From: a virus
Length of the DNA stretch: 64,000 bases
Virus record (IMG/VR): IMGVR_UViG_3300041409_000508
Span: 7,199 to 71,198 of that record
Reading direction: 5' to 3' (one strand)
The position numbers and the translations under genes were made by a program. A model generated the notes under the pieces. The model was not told the origin of the DNA, ran no database searches, and worked only from the letters and a program-made list of their open reading frames with translations. The number at the start of each line of letters is the position of its first letter. Positions within the stretch are counted from its first letter, which is position 1. Positions 55,077 through 64,000 of this stretch are shown here, one piece after another.

Positions 55077-57273
55077 CTAGCTCCTCGATCTCAGCAAAGT
55101 CGAATCCAGTGTTTTCTTGAGGCATCCATGTTCTGCCTTCGATAGTGGCTTCACACTCGAATGGCATGTCGCGGTAGACAGTGGTCATTGCTTTCTCGAA
55201 CACTTCTTTCAGCTCGTCGGCACGGTCTATCGGTGCACAGCCTACTAGTTCATCGTGTACGAGCATCCGCAATGCCCAGGAATATCCCCAGTCGATGACC
55301 TGCTCGACAGCATTGTTCACCATGTCAGCGAGTGAGCCTTGAGTGTCATAGTTCAACGCGTTGCGGCTCGGCTTGTCGTGCTTGAGCAGGACTTGTCCGT
55401 CTTCTGTGACAAAATAACGATCCCACAGTGGGCAGATGCGTCCCGAGTCGAGGACGACATGCGGTTGCCAGTTGAGCTTACGTTCATATTCAGCGAGGAC
55501 ATGATACTCGGCATCCCAGCGAGCACGGGTTTCTTTGGCGAATTTCATGTCGCCGCCCAGCTTGGCGGCTAGTTTCTCATTGCCACCACCGTAACAACGA
55601 AGCAGGAAACCCATCTTGGAACCATCGCGCATCATGAAGCTGTCGGTTCCCGCTGTCTTGCCTTCTTTCACTCCCTTGTAAGCATCGCCGTAGGCAAGCA
55701 CAGCGAGTGCACTGTAGAAATCACCGGCAAGCAGGTCGTGACGTAACTTGCGGTCTCCTGAGCGAGCGGCCATCATTCGTGGCTCACCTTGGGCGACGTC
55801 GCAGGTGATGTAAACCTCACCGTCAGCAGCGCGGAATGCTGGCCGTATCCGCTTGTCACTGCGCTTCGGGAGCTGCTGCAGCGCGGGACGTTGTGCACTC
55901 TGGCGTCCGGTGATGGTGCCGATAGCGCGCATTCCGCAGTGTACCTTGCCGTCACGCGCCAGTCCGTCGAGCATGGGTTTGACGTAGGCGGCGCGGAACT
56001 TGGTGGCGCCACGGACGGCTTTGATCGTCTGGGCTAGCTCGACCGCGGCAGGAGGTGTTGCCGGATCTTTGACCAGTCCCGCTAAGACATCCTTGTCCCA
56101 GCACTCTTTGTCGCCGCTCTTGGTCTGCTTCGGGCTGTGCACACCTAGTGCGGTGAAAGTCTTGCCGATCGAGGCACCACTGGCGGTACGGTTGATACCC
56201 CGGCGTTCCAGCTCGTCGGCGTGGGTAGAGATCACTTCTGCGTAGAGGTCGTCCAGCCAGCGCGCGTACGGACCGTCCACCAGCTTGCCGCGTAGGGTCA
56301 TCAGGTCGATATGCCACTGCAGCTTCAGAGCTTGTCGCACTGCTGGCCACTGTCCACGAGCTTTGATCTCTTTGACCATGAGGTGCCACAGCCGCACCGT
56401 CATCAGCGGGTCCAGGCCTGCGTAACGCAGGTAGGTCTCGTCATCGTCGGGGATGTTGGCCCAGCCCCAGCCTTCCTTGTCCGGCCGTTGCTTGACAGCT
56501 CGTAGGGCGAGCAGCGCGTCGACTACTTCTGCTGATTCGCCGGTCAGACCAGGTCGCACCTCTTCCAGAGCAGCAGTCGTCCAGCTGTCATTGCCTTTCG
56601 GTGTCTTGCGAGGACTGACGATGCCGAGATGTGCTAGCGCACGCTTCGCGCTGGTAGGCGTGTGGGAAAGACCGAAGTATCCGATGACCGGTGTGTAGTG
56701 TTCGACTCTGGCGACCGCAGCAGGGTCTGGTGGTGCGTCTTTCAGCAGCTCAGCCATGCGAGCGTGCATCGCGGTCTCAGCTTCGATGAGGATCTTGCCC
56801 TCTGGTAACTCACGTTCTGAGGTTTCTTTCAAGCTTCGGTCGCGACTGATACGCGGGTCGATCTTCTCTCGTGAGGTGACCGTGCGCGGGTCATAGTAGG
56901 CCAGTACCGGCTGTGTGTCGGTGCAGTGTGGAGTGATCTGATCGAGTCGGAAGGTGCCGGGTGCAGCACGTTCACCGAATCGAATATCGCTCTCTGCATA
57001 GTGCGCTACCCAGTAGTCGTGGCTGCGCACACAGGTGCGCATCGCGTCCAGTATGCCTGGCCGCTCCAACTGCATGATCCATGCCTCGCGACCGTCAGAG
57101 ATCTGACACAGCCGCGCTCGGTAAGCAGGATCAAACTGGTCGACGGCGTTGCTTTCGTAGTCGATGCTGAGCACTTCGCCGCGGCGCTCTTGCAGCCAGG
57201 ACCAGAGCTGTGCAGCATCAGATCGGGTGCTCACCACCCAACCTGGTCCGACTTCGAGGTCTACGTATTTCAT
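55063..57273 (-). CDS. polA: DNA polymerase family A with 3'-5' exonuclease domain
   Basis: SIDYES (ExoI), YAGLD (ExoIII), TITGR, DVAQGEPR (motif A), R...K.......YG (B) and VHDEL (C). Confidence 0.93.
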   Translation of the reverse strand: MKYVDLEVGPGWVVSTRSDAAQLWSWLQERRGEVLSIDYESNAVDQFDPAYRARLCQISDGREAWIMQLERPGILDAMRTCVRSHDYWVAHYAESDIRFGERAAPGTFRLDQITPHCTDTQPVLAYYDPRTVTSREKIDPRISRDRSLKETSERELPEGKILIEAETAMHARMAELLKDAPPDPAAVARVEHYTPVIGYFGLSHTPTSAKRALAHLGIVSPRKTPKGNDSWTTAALEEVRPGLTGESAEVVDALLALRAVKQRPDKEGWGWANIPDDDETYLRYAGLDPLMTVRLWHLMVKEIKARGQWPAVRQALKLQWHIDLMTLRGKLVDGPYARWLDDLYAEVISTHADELERRGINRTASGASIGKTFTALGVHSPKQTKSGDKECWDKDVLAGLVKDPATPPAAVELAQTIKAVRGATKFRAAYVKPMLDGLARDGKVHCGMRAIGTITGRQSAQRPALQQLPKRSDKRIRPAFRAADGEVYITCDVAQGEPRMMAARSGDRKLRHDLLAGDFYSALAVLAYGDAYKGVKEGKTAGTDSFMMRDGSKMGFLLRCYGGGNEKLAAKLGGDMKFAKETRARWDAEYHVLAEYERKLNWQPHVVLDSGRICPLWDRYFVTEDGQVLLKHDKPSRNALNYDTQGSLADMVNNAVEQVIDWGYSWALRMLVHDELVGCAPIDRADELKEVFEKAMTTVYRDMPFECEATIEGRTWMPQENTGFDFAEIEELVDVD

Positions 57274-57668
57274 GGCAATTTGAGGCAGCGAGGGCAAGTC
57301 ACAGGATATTTTGTAGCAATGTACTGTTTTGGTTTTGATTGATATGGATCACGACACGCCGGCCAGTATTCTAGTTCTTTTCCACCTTTGTGCACAGAAC
57401 TGGTATTGACACGAAGTACGTTAGGCAACCGAGGTTGGTTTGGTGTGTCCTCACGGTGGTCTAGTTTATCAGCAGCGCAGTTAAGAAGCTCAGCATCATG
57501 CATGCAATTGCACTCTCGTGCACGGGATCGGTAAGCGGCAGCCACGATCAGTGGCGCAGCAGCGTTAACAACTCTAGTGACCAATAGCTCGTCTCTATCA
57601 GATCCAGTAGTGCAGGCATGCCAGCCAGCCGCGTAGGCAGCGTCAGGGATCTCTAGTGGGTTGTCCAT
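57270..57668 (-). CDS. Leaderless protein with a C-terminal H..C..CxxC module
   Basis: SVHKGG..EYWPACR...TKYPVTCPRC; coupled to polA. Confidence 0.65.
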   Translation of the reverse strand: MDNPLEIPDAAYAAGWHACTTGSDRDELLVTRVVNAAAPLIVAAAYRSRARECNCMHDAELLNCAADKLDHREDTPNQPRLPNVLRVNTSSVHKGGKELEYWPACRDPYQSKPKQYIATKYPVTCPRCLKLP

Positions 57669-57675
57669 GCTCTGG

Positions 57676-57718
57676 AGCCTACCACACCCTGCCACAGGTT
57701 GCCACAGACTGTCCTGTC
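57676..57718 (-). promoter_or_regulatory. Phage promoter motif, 3-unit form, driving the polA operon
   Basis: Minus strand GACAGGA-CAGTCTGTGG-CAACCTGTGG-CAGGGTGTGG-TAGGCT with ATG 7 nt downstream. Confidence 0.75.
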
Positions 57719-58503
57719 ATGGTACGCTCTTGTCGTGGCAAACCAAGAAATGCAGCACCTGCTGTTCGGTGCGCTGGCGTTCTTACGCGACATAGCCGAT
57801 CTCGCCGCAACCTCTTGGCTGACTGGCGCAGTCGTCGTTGCTATCGTGCTGGCAGCTTACGGAGAGGCAATTCGATGAGTGACGGACGTTGGAAATATGA
57901 GTCAGACGAGTATACGTTTGATGTGTACGTATCTACTCAAGATAACGGAATCAGAATGTGGGAAGATTGCATCTACACGCCTGAAGCAGCTAGAGCGTTA
58001 GCGCAAGCTTTACTCGCTGCTGCTGATTATTCAGAAGCTCAGGAGCAGAAGTGACTAATTGGACGATCGTTAACGATGGCCAGCTCTGTGATCTGTCCTA
58101 CGACAACGGCGAGGACGACCGACAGTCCTGCGGTGAGATCGCTAAAGAGCAGGTTGGTCGCTATCGAGTGTGCCGGCAGTGTGCTGACTTCCTGCGAAGT
58201 GTGAAAGGAGTAGCATCGTGACCAGCCAAGAAGTAATGGGCCGAGTTTATGCTGCAACGCATAAGGAAGTACAAGCTGCACTCAAGCAATTGCTTGAGCA
58301 ATGCGAGCGTGAGGATAATGAATATCCAACGGGTTATTTGCATACTTCTGAGATCTATCGTTTGTTGCTGAAAGGAATGACGTTGTAATGGATGATGAAG
58401 TATGCCCAATCTGTGAGCATGCGTTTGCGCGTCATCGTCGTTTACCTGAAGATTTTGTATTCGTTTGCATGATGTGCGACTGCTCTTTTGAGATCAATCA
58501 GCG

Positions 58504-60096
58504 ATGACTCAATTACGTGATTACCAACTAGCAGCTAAAGAAGCTGTCAAAGCTGACTACGCTGCCGGCCTGCGTCGAGTAGGTGTCAGCCTTCCGACTG
58601 GCACGGGTAAGACGCATGTGATGGCCAGTATGGCGGCTGATGTATTCAACAAAGGACGACGAGTGGTGTTGCTGGTACATCGGGATACTTTAGTGGATCA
58701 GACGAAGCGTCGTCTTGCCGCATTCATTCCTGAGCGAGCTATCGGTATAGTCAAAGCCGCGAAGAATGAGATCACCGCGCCAGTGATCGTAGCGAGTATC
58801 CACACATTGCGATCGGAAGTTCGACTAGCTCAACTGTTGCCACCGAATCTGACGATCGTAGATGAGGCACACGTCAGTCTTTCTGATACCTACTTGCGAT
58901 ACTTTGATCATGTCAATGCAGTGCAGGGTGGCCGCGGATATTTAGCCGGCTTCACTGCTACTTGGGTTCGTAGTGATACTCGCGGGTTAGGGGATGTATG
59001 GGAGAAGATCAGCTATAAGAAGTCGTTAGCGTGGGCAGTGCGGCAAGGTTTCTTGGTTGAACCTAGAGCTGTTCAACTTGGTGGTGATCTCGACATGTCG
59101 AGCGTACGAACTGGTATCGATGGCGACTACATGGAGAAAGATCTTGCTGAGCTGGTGATGGTTGAGGATCTGAAAGAGACTGTCATCAAGGGCTATGCGA
59201 ACCTCACGCCTGGTCGTAGTGCGGTGTTGTTTGCTCCGACGCAGGAGTCAGCGCGTTATTTCGGTGCTGCGCTGCGGGAGTCCAGTGTACGGGTGGCTGA
59301 GATCTTCGCTGGCACCAGCATCACTGAGCGTCGGTATAACTTCAGTGCGTTCGACAACGGCGCTGTTCAAGTTCTGATCACATGCACAGCGCTTGCGGAG
59401 GGCTGGGATTCACCGAAGTGCGACGTCGCGCTGATGTTGCGACCCAGTAAGCATCCTGGCTTGATCACGCAGCAAATCGGGAGGATCTTGCGCCCGTGGC
59501 CTGGTAAGCAGTTCGCCACGATCCTCGACTTCGTGGGGGTGCTCGATAACGCCGACATGCGATCGATCATCGATCTGTCGGAGACTCCTGAGCGTGTCGT
59601 ATCCGACGACACCGACAGCCAGAGTGAGCTTGAGCCGAAAGAGAGCACACCTGATCCACGGATGGTCAAGAAGATCAACGGTGTGCACACGGTCGATCTG
59701 TTCGCCGGTACGGAAGCGCGCTGGTTGACGACGAAACACGGCGTGCCGTTCGTGAACACCAGAGATCACTTGTATTTCGTCGCCCAGCTTGATGGCGATT
59801 GGGCAGTCGGTCGCTGCAGCTCCAAGAGCATCCAGGGAGGATGTTGGTTGATCAAAGGTCTGACGTCTGCTGAGGCACTGGAGTACGGATCGGAGATCGC
59901 ACTGGAGGAGGATGCCAGCATTGCCGGTCGTAAGTCGAGCTGGCGCCAAGGTAACCAGCGTCCGTCAGCAGGTCAACTACAGATGGCACAAGGGATGGGA
60001 GTCGACATAGAAGGGATGAATAAAGCACAAGTAAGCGATGCCATCAATGTTCATCGCGCTACGCAGATTCTCTCGAACATCAATGGAGGTTCATAG
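58504..60096 (+). CDS. SF2 DEAH-box helicase (Irc3/RadD-like), copy 2
   Basis: LRDYQ, LPTGTGKT, DEAH, FTAT, EGWD.P and QQIGRILR motifs. Confidence 0.92.
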   Translation: MTQLRDYQLAAKEAVKADYAAGLRRVGVSLPTGTGKTHVMASMAADVFNKGRRVVLLVHRDTLVDQTKRRLAAFIPERAIGIVKAAKNEITAPVIVASIHTLRSEVRLAQLLPPNLTIVDEAHVSLSDTYLRYFDHVNAVQGGRGYLAGFTATWVRSDTRGLGDVWEKISYKKSLAWAVRQGFLVEPRAVQLGGDLDMSSVRTGIDGDYMEKDLAELVMVEDLKETVIKGYANLTPGRSAVLFAPTQESARYFGAALRESSVRVAEIFAGTSITERRYNFSAFDNGAVQVLITCTALAEGWDSPKCDVALMLRPSKHPGLITQQIGRILRPWPGKQFATILDFVGVLDNADMRSIIDLSETPERVVSDDTDSQSELEPKESTPDPRMVKKINGVHTVDLFAGTEARWLTTKHGVPFVNTRDHLYFVAQLDGDWAVGRCSSKSIQGGCWLIKGLTSAEALEYGSEIALEEDASIAGRKSSWRQGNQRPSAGQLQMAQGMGVDIEGMNKAQVSDAINVHRATQILSNINGGS

Positions 60097-60238
60097 TGAT
60101 CGATCAAGATAAAGTTAAGAAGTCGTTAAGTGATGCTCGTCGGTATCTTCTTAATAGAATGGACGCAGATACCTGGCCTGAAGATGAAGAAGCGGCAGCT
60201 CGTATAGCAGAGATAATTACGACTATGGAGGTAACAAC

Positions 60239-61819
60239 GTGAGTATCTTTGATCAAGAAGCACCTGAGGTGACCAGTCCGCCAGTGAGTCACGGCGAGAT
60301 GCTGATGCAAGCGCATGTCAGCGCGCACCCAGGTTTCGAGGGGCCTGAGCTGCCGACGCAGGACGGCAATCGGTACACCCTGCCCGGTGCAGACGGCAAG
60401 CCGGTGACCTGGAACGGCGCCACTACGCTGGCTAAAGAGCTGGACAACCCATACGCCATCACCCAGTGGCAGCTACGCCAGGCTGTGCATGGCGTCGGGA
60501 TACGACCTGACTTGGCGAAGCTGGCGGGTGCAGCGAAACCGGATGACAAGGAAACGCTGCGCAAAGTTGTCAAGGATGCGCTGGCCGCCGCGGCGACGGA
60601 AGCCGGTGCGAACGAGGGCACCGCGTGGCACATGGCGTTCGAGCGGGTGGACCGCGGTGAGTCGATCGAGGCATTGCCTGAGTTCTTTCATGCGGGTATC
60701 CGCAATCGGCAAACTGAGCTTGAGCGACACGGCATCCAGATCTTGCCGGAGTACATCGAGCGTGCGGTGCGTTGTCTGATGTTCAAGGTCTCAGGCAAGC
60801 TGGATCGGATCGGACTCTACGAAGGTCAGTTCGTCATCATCGATGACAAGTCTGAGAAAGACCCGTTGAGCTACCCAAAGGCCAAGACCATCCAGATGGC
60901 TATCTACGCTTATGCCGGCGAGCTGTTCGATTCGGCGACGTTTACCATCGAGCCGATGCCGGACGTCCGCAAAGACATCGCCATCATGTTGCACTTCGAC
61001 AAGATCACGCACGAGTGCAAGGCGTATCGGGTACCGATCGACATCGGCTGGTGGGGCGCTCGGCTCGCTCGTGAAGTCCGGGAGTGGCGCAAGATGGACT
61101 GCCTCATCGCTCCGCTGGTGTCATTAGGTTCGTGGACGCCGAAGCCTGTTACTGCTGAAGGTTCGCAAGCTTTGCGTGATGTTTATTACGGTAATGAGGT
61201 ACCCAGTGATAACGGACATCTTACGACTGATAGTGTGGCGACTGAAGCGTTACGAGATGACAGTAGCTCGGATGATAGCGTGGTTATCGAGACAGTGCCG
61301 AGACTTGCTAATGGCGAGCCGGCGATCGATCCCACGGCTGAGGCAATGGAGCTGTCTGAGACGTGGCTGTCGACACACAAGACGAAGCCAGAGCTGCAGC
61401 AACTGTGTCTGTCAGTCGGGATCACTGACGTAGCGCATCATCGTGCATGGTTGGCGCGAGAGTACATTGCGGCTCGTAATGCTCAGAGCGTATCACCGTT
61501 AGCTGCAGTCGCTGATCAGATGGCTGCTGAGCAACGTGAAGCGTCAATGACTGTGCTGAAAGCTGCTGGATTTGTAGAAGAGCCTGAGCCTGGTAGTGAT
61601 GAAGAGCAACAAGAGATCGTGAGAGATCCAACTGTAGCGATCTTCAATGCTATTGAGTTAGCGGAGAGCAAGCAGGATCTGCAGCGGATCTGGTCTGAGG
61701 CTACTGAAGCTGGCCAGTACCCGGAGCGGTGGACGGACGAGCTAACGAAGGCAGGGCTAGGCCGTATGCGGGTGATTGATAACATACGTCCGGTAGGTGC
61801 TGATAGCCCTTTTGCTTGA
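60239..61819 (+). CDS. PD-(D/E)XK exonuclease (Cas4/RecB-like) with C-terminal extension
   Basis: GTAWH, E, GKLDR, DDK and QMAIYA motifs. Confidence 0.8.
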   Translation: MSIFDQEAPEVTSPPVSHGEMLMQAHVSAHPGFEGPELPTQDGNRYTLPGADGKPVTWNGATTLAKELDNPYAITQWQLRQAVHGVGIRPDLAKLAGAAKPDDKETLRKVVKDALAAAATEAGANEGTAWHMAFERVDRGESIEALPEFFHAGIRNRQTELERHGIQILPEYIERAVRCLMFKVSGKLDRIGLYEGQFVIIDDKSEKDPLSYPKAKTIQMAIYAYAGELFDSATFTIEPMPDVRKDIAIMLHFDKITHECKAYRVPIDIGWWGARLAREVREWRKMDCLIAPLVSLGSWTPKPVTAEGSQALRDVYYGNEVPSDNGHLTTDSVATEALRDDSSSDDSVVIETVPRLANGEPAIDPTAEAMELSETWLSTHKTKPELQQLCLSVGITDVAHHRAWLAREYIAARNAQSVSPLAAVADQMAAEQREASMTVLKAAGFVEEPEPGSDEEQQEIVRDPTVAIFNAIELAESKQDLQRIWSEATEAGQYPERWTDELTKAGLGRMRVIDNIRPVGADSPFA

Positions 61820-62166
61820 GGGTCTTGGTTACTGGCTCACGAAACTGGACTGATCGAGCTGCAGTAGCTCAAGCATTGAGTAGCTACTGCGGCTTGATTG
61901 ATGATGTGATTGTGGTTCATGGTGATGCGCGCGGTGCTGATTCGTGGGCTGACGCAGTAGCGCGAGAGAGAGGATGGATTGTAGAGAGACATCCAGCTGA
62001 ATGGGATCTTTATGGCAAGTCTGCCGGCCATCGGCGTAACGCACATATGGTGTCTCTTGGTGCTGATGTGTGTCTGGCGTTTCCGTTGGGTGAGTCACGC
62101 GGCACGCGAGGGTGTATGAAGTTAGCAAAAATTGCTGGGATACCTGTGATCAACTGTGGAAATTAG
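61816..62166 (+). CDS. SLOG-family DUF2493/YspA-like protein
   Basis: VLVTGSRNW, VHGDARGAD, AG..RN..M and SRGT motifs. Confidence 0.88.
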   Translation: MRVLVTGSRNWTDRAAVAQALSSYCGLIDDVIVVHGDARGADSWADAVARERGWIVERHPAEWDLYGKSAGHRRNAHMVSLGADVCLAFPLGESRGTRGCMKLAKIAGIPVINCGN

Positions 62167-62169
62167 GGT

Positions 62170-62199
62170 GTTGCAGGATGTGGTAGGATGTGGTAGTGT
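62170..62199 (+). promoter_or_regulatory. Phage promoter motif, 2-unit form
   Basis: CAGGATGTGG-TAGGATGTGG-TAGTGT. Confidence 0.7.
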
Positions 62200-62309
62200 T
62201 CATGTTGTTGGCAGGGGTCAGAGTCGCATCTAGGTCTTAAACGACACCACGCTTAAATTGCGCCTGCCAGCGTACAACAACATCAGTCACGCCCAAGGGA
62301 GCGCCGGTT

Positions 62310-63068
62310 ATGGCAGATAATGGGTTTTTCGGTACCGTACGCCCGCCCGCAGTGTTCAATAAGCGGTCTCCGCTGAACACGTTTCTGGGTGGGAAGATCA
62401 TCAAGATCGAAGGTCTCGACGGTGATCTGTATGCCAACAAGTTCCGAGCTGACACCAGCTCACCGCTAGAGGTCAAGCGGTGGCCGTCACCGGGTAAAGA
62501 TGCTAACGGTATCGATATCCCTGGTGACCCGATTCCGCAGATCATCATCCACGTACAGACGAACATGAAAGATCAAGACAATCCTGCTGACGCTGGTGTG
62601 CGTTGCTTCTATCTTGAGAAAAAGTCGCTGAGTAGGGTTGAAGGTAACACTCGGGTGCCGGCGTTTGATACCGACTACGGGTCGTTCATCAAGGCTCTGG
62701 AAGATGCGGGTACGCCGAAGAATCCTCAGGTAGGTGGCGAGCTGTACCAGGCCAAACTAGGGACTGCTCCTGGTGCTGGTGGCAAGGACCGCAACCTTTG
62801 GGACGCGAAGTACACCCCTCCTGGCTCTGCGGTGTTTACTGAAGAGGTAAGTAATGGCAGCAGCGAGCCTAGTCCGTTCGATCAGCCAGTAGCGAACCCT
62901 GATGAGACGCTGCGGGCAGCAGCCCGACTGGAGATCACTGACGCTACTGATGTTGAGGCTCTCAAGCGAATTCACAGCAAGTACAAGGCTGTGTGGACCG
63001 ACGAGCTAACGGAGTTGGGTAAGAAGCAGCTTGCGCGGCCGAAGATTGCTGCTAGTCCGTTCGACTAA
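62310..63068 (+). CDS. Putative single-stranded DNA-binding protein
   Basis: Replication-module position; beta-rich core (W.SPG..P..QIII.VQT, KYTPP); acidic linker; PFD terminus. Confidence 0.55.
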   Translation: MADNGFFGTVRPPAVFNKRSPLNTFLGGKIIKIEGLDGDLYANKFRADTSSPLEVKRWPSPGKDANGIDIPGDPIPQIIIHVQTNMKDQDNPADAGVRCFYLEKKSLSRVEGNTRVPAFDTDYGSFIKALEDAGTPKNPQVGGELYQAKLGTAPGAGGKDRNLWDAKYTPPGSAVFTEEVSNGSSEPSPFDQPVANPDETLRAAARLEITDATDVEALKRIHSKYKAVWTDELTELGKKQLARPKIAASPFD

Positions 63069-63087
63069 GCGACGAGTAAGTTTTGCT

Positions 63088-63121
63088 GGCCTGAGCGTAC
63101 TGCCTTTCGCTGCGCTCAGGC
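63088..63121 (+). terminator. Hairpin after the SSB-like gene
   Basis: gcctgagcg/cgctcaggc stem. Confidence 0.55.
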
Positions 63122-63434
63122 TGGCACTCATAAGGAGTTCTTGTGCATACTTTCGTTTTCTTGCTTGTGATCTATCTTGCTATTCATTTGTTGTTCAGTA
63201 GCCATCATTACCGACGCAATAGTCACCGGTCGTTTTTCTCACGTGTTTGGGTTAGCGTGCCTGGCCCTTTCCATACTCGTATCTCTCGGAGACTGTGATG
63301 CCTTGTACCTGTAAAGAAGATGACTCGACTGTCTGTGAAGGTTGCCATCAGCGGTATGTCGAGACTGTGCTGGCTGAAGTGCAGGACGCATCACTAGCTG
63401 ACGCGATCCGCTGGCCGTGGCTTGAGGAGGTTGC

Positions 63435-63668
63435 GTGATTACTAAAGCAGTGGTGATGATAGTAAATCCAGAGACCGCGGAAGCAGTGACCGCAGCGATC
63501 GGATACCTGCGTCGCCGGGCGACGATCTACCGGGCGAGCGCTACCGAGTACCGATCGAGAGGGTGCGTCAAGGAAGCCGAGCTAGCTACCGACCATGAGC
63601 GAGGGAGCCTAGCCGCGGCGAAACTGATCGAGAAGATGATCGCTGATGCCAGTCCACCTCTGCATTAA
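63435..63668 (+). CDS. Hypothetical protein
   Basis: GAGGAGG SD. Confidence 0.5.
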   Translation: MITKAVVMIVNPETAEAVTAAIGYLRRRATIYRASATEYRSRGCVKEAELATDHERGSLAAAKLIEKMIADASPPLH

Positions 63669-64000
63669 CTGTGCCGCACTGCCGGTAGATCAGCAGCCTA
63701 AGAAGCCGCGGCCAGCGCCGTACGGCGGTCCGAGATCGAAACGGTGTAAGACGCACGAGTTAGAGCGTAAACGAGCTAAGAAAGTCGGTTCTCACACTGC
63801 GTACGTGACTAGGGTTTATGGGTTGACACGAGCTGAGCAAACAGCTCTGTGGGAGTACCAAGGTAGGAAGTGCCCATGTGGTCGGCAGCCGACACGAATG
63901 CCGGACACTGACCATGATCACCGATGCTGTCCAGGTCCGACGTCTTGTGGAAAATGTGTCCGAATGCTCGCATGCCGCGCGTGTAATACGTACTTGATGG
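63646..64000 (+). CDS. Recombination endonuclease VII-like protein (truncated by the window edge; not in track)
   Basis: YGLT......L..YQG.KC.C, DHDH.CC....SCGKCVR.L.C..CN. Confidence 0.85.
   Translation, partial: MPVHLCINCAALPVDQQPKKPRPAPYGGPRSKRCKTHELERKRAKKVGSHTAYVTRVYGLTRAEQTALWEYQGRKCPCGRQPTRMPDTDHDHRCCPGPTSCGKCVRMLACRACNTYLM

Noticed and set aside
1-64000. Prophage integration module or att sites
   Set aside because: No integrase, CI-type repressor or host-flank genes are recognisable in this window, so lifestyle cannot be fixed from it.

Overview
The window is a 64 kb segment of a large actinobacteriophage with a siphovirus-like, HK97-type head. No host housekeeping genes, tRNAs, rRNAs, CRISPR array or integrase are visible. 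Layout from left to right: accessory genes (SufS-like cysteine desulfurase behind a structured leader, secreted proteins, Lsr2); a minus-strand lysis, tail, head and packaging operon (about 5-38.4 kb); a plus-strand ferritin-like/Cys-rich + DUF692 (MNIO) + mini-DUF2063 cluster directly next to terS; a repeat-rich block of small genes; and a replication module (candidate origin, primase-helicase, MazG-like, PolA, two SF2 helicases, exonuclease, SSB-like, EndoVII). Two systems stand out. (1) A phage-borne MNIO/bufferin-like peptide-modification cluster, rewired with a phage promoter. (2) A genome-wide regulon of about 19 promoters built from 1-3 phased 10-bp units (CAGTRCAGTNTGTGG-TANNNT), most followed 6-7 nt later by a leaderless start codon. 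Many of these drive tiny AT-rich genes inserted antisense between virion genes and missed by the ORF track. There are also two candidate large structured non-coding RNAs, an actinohivin-like secreted lectin, a MetE-like enzyme and a doubly frameshifted C5 DNA methyltransferase. All family calls come from motif recognition by eye; no database search was run.
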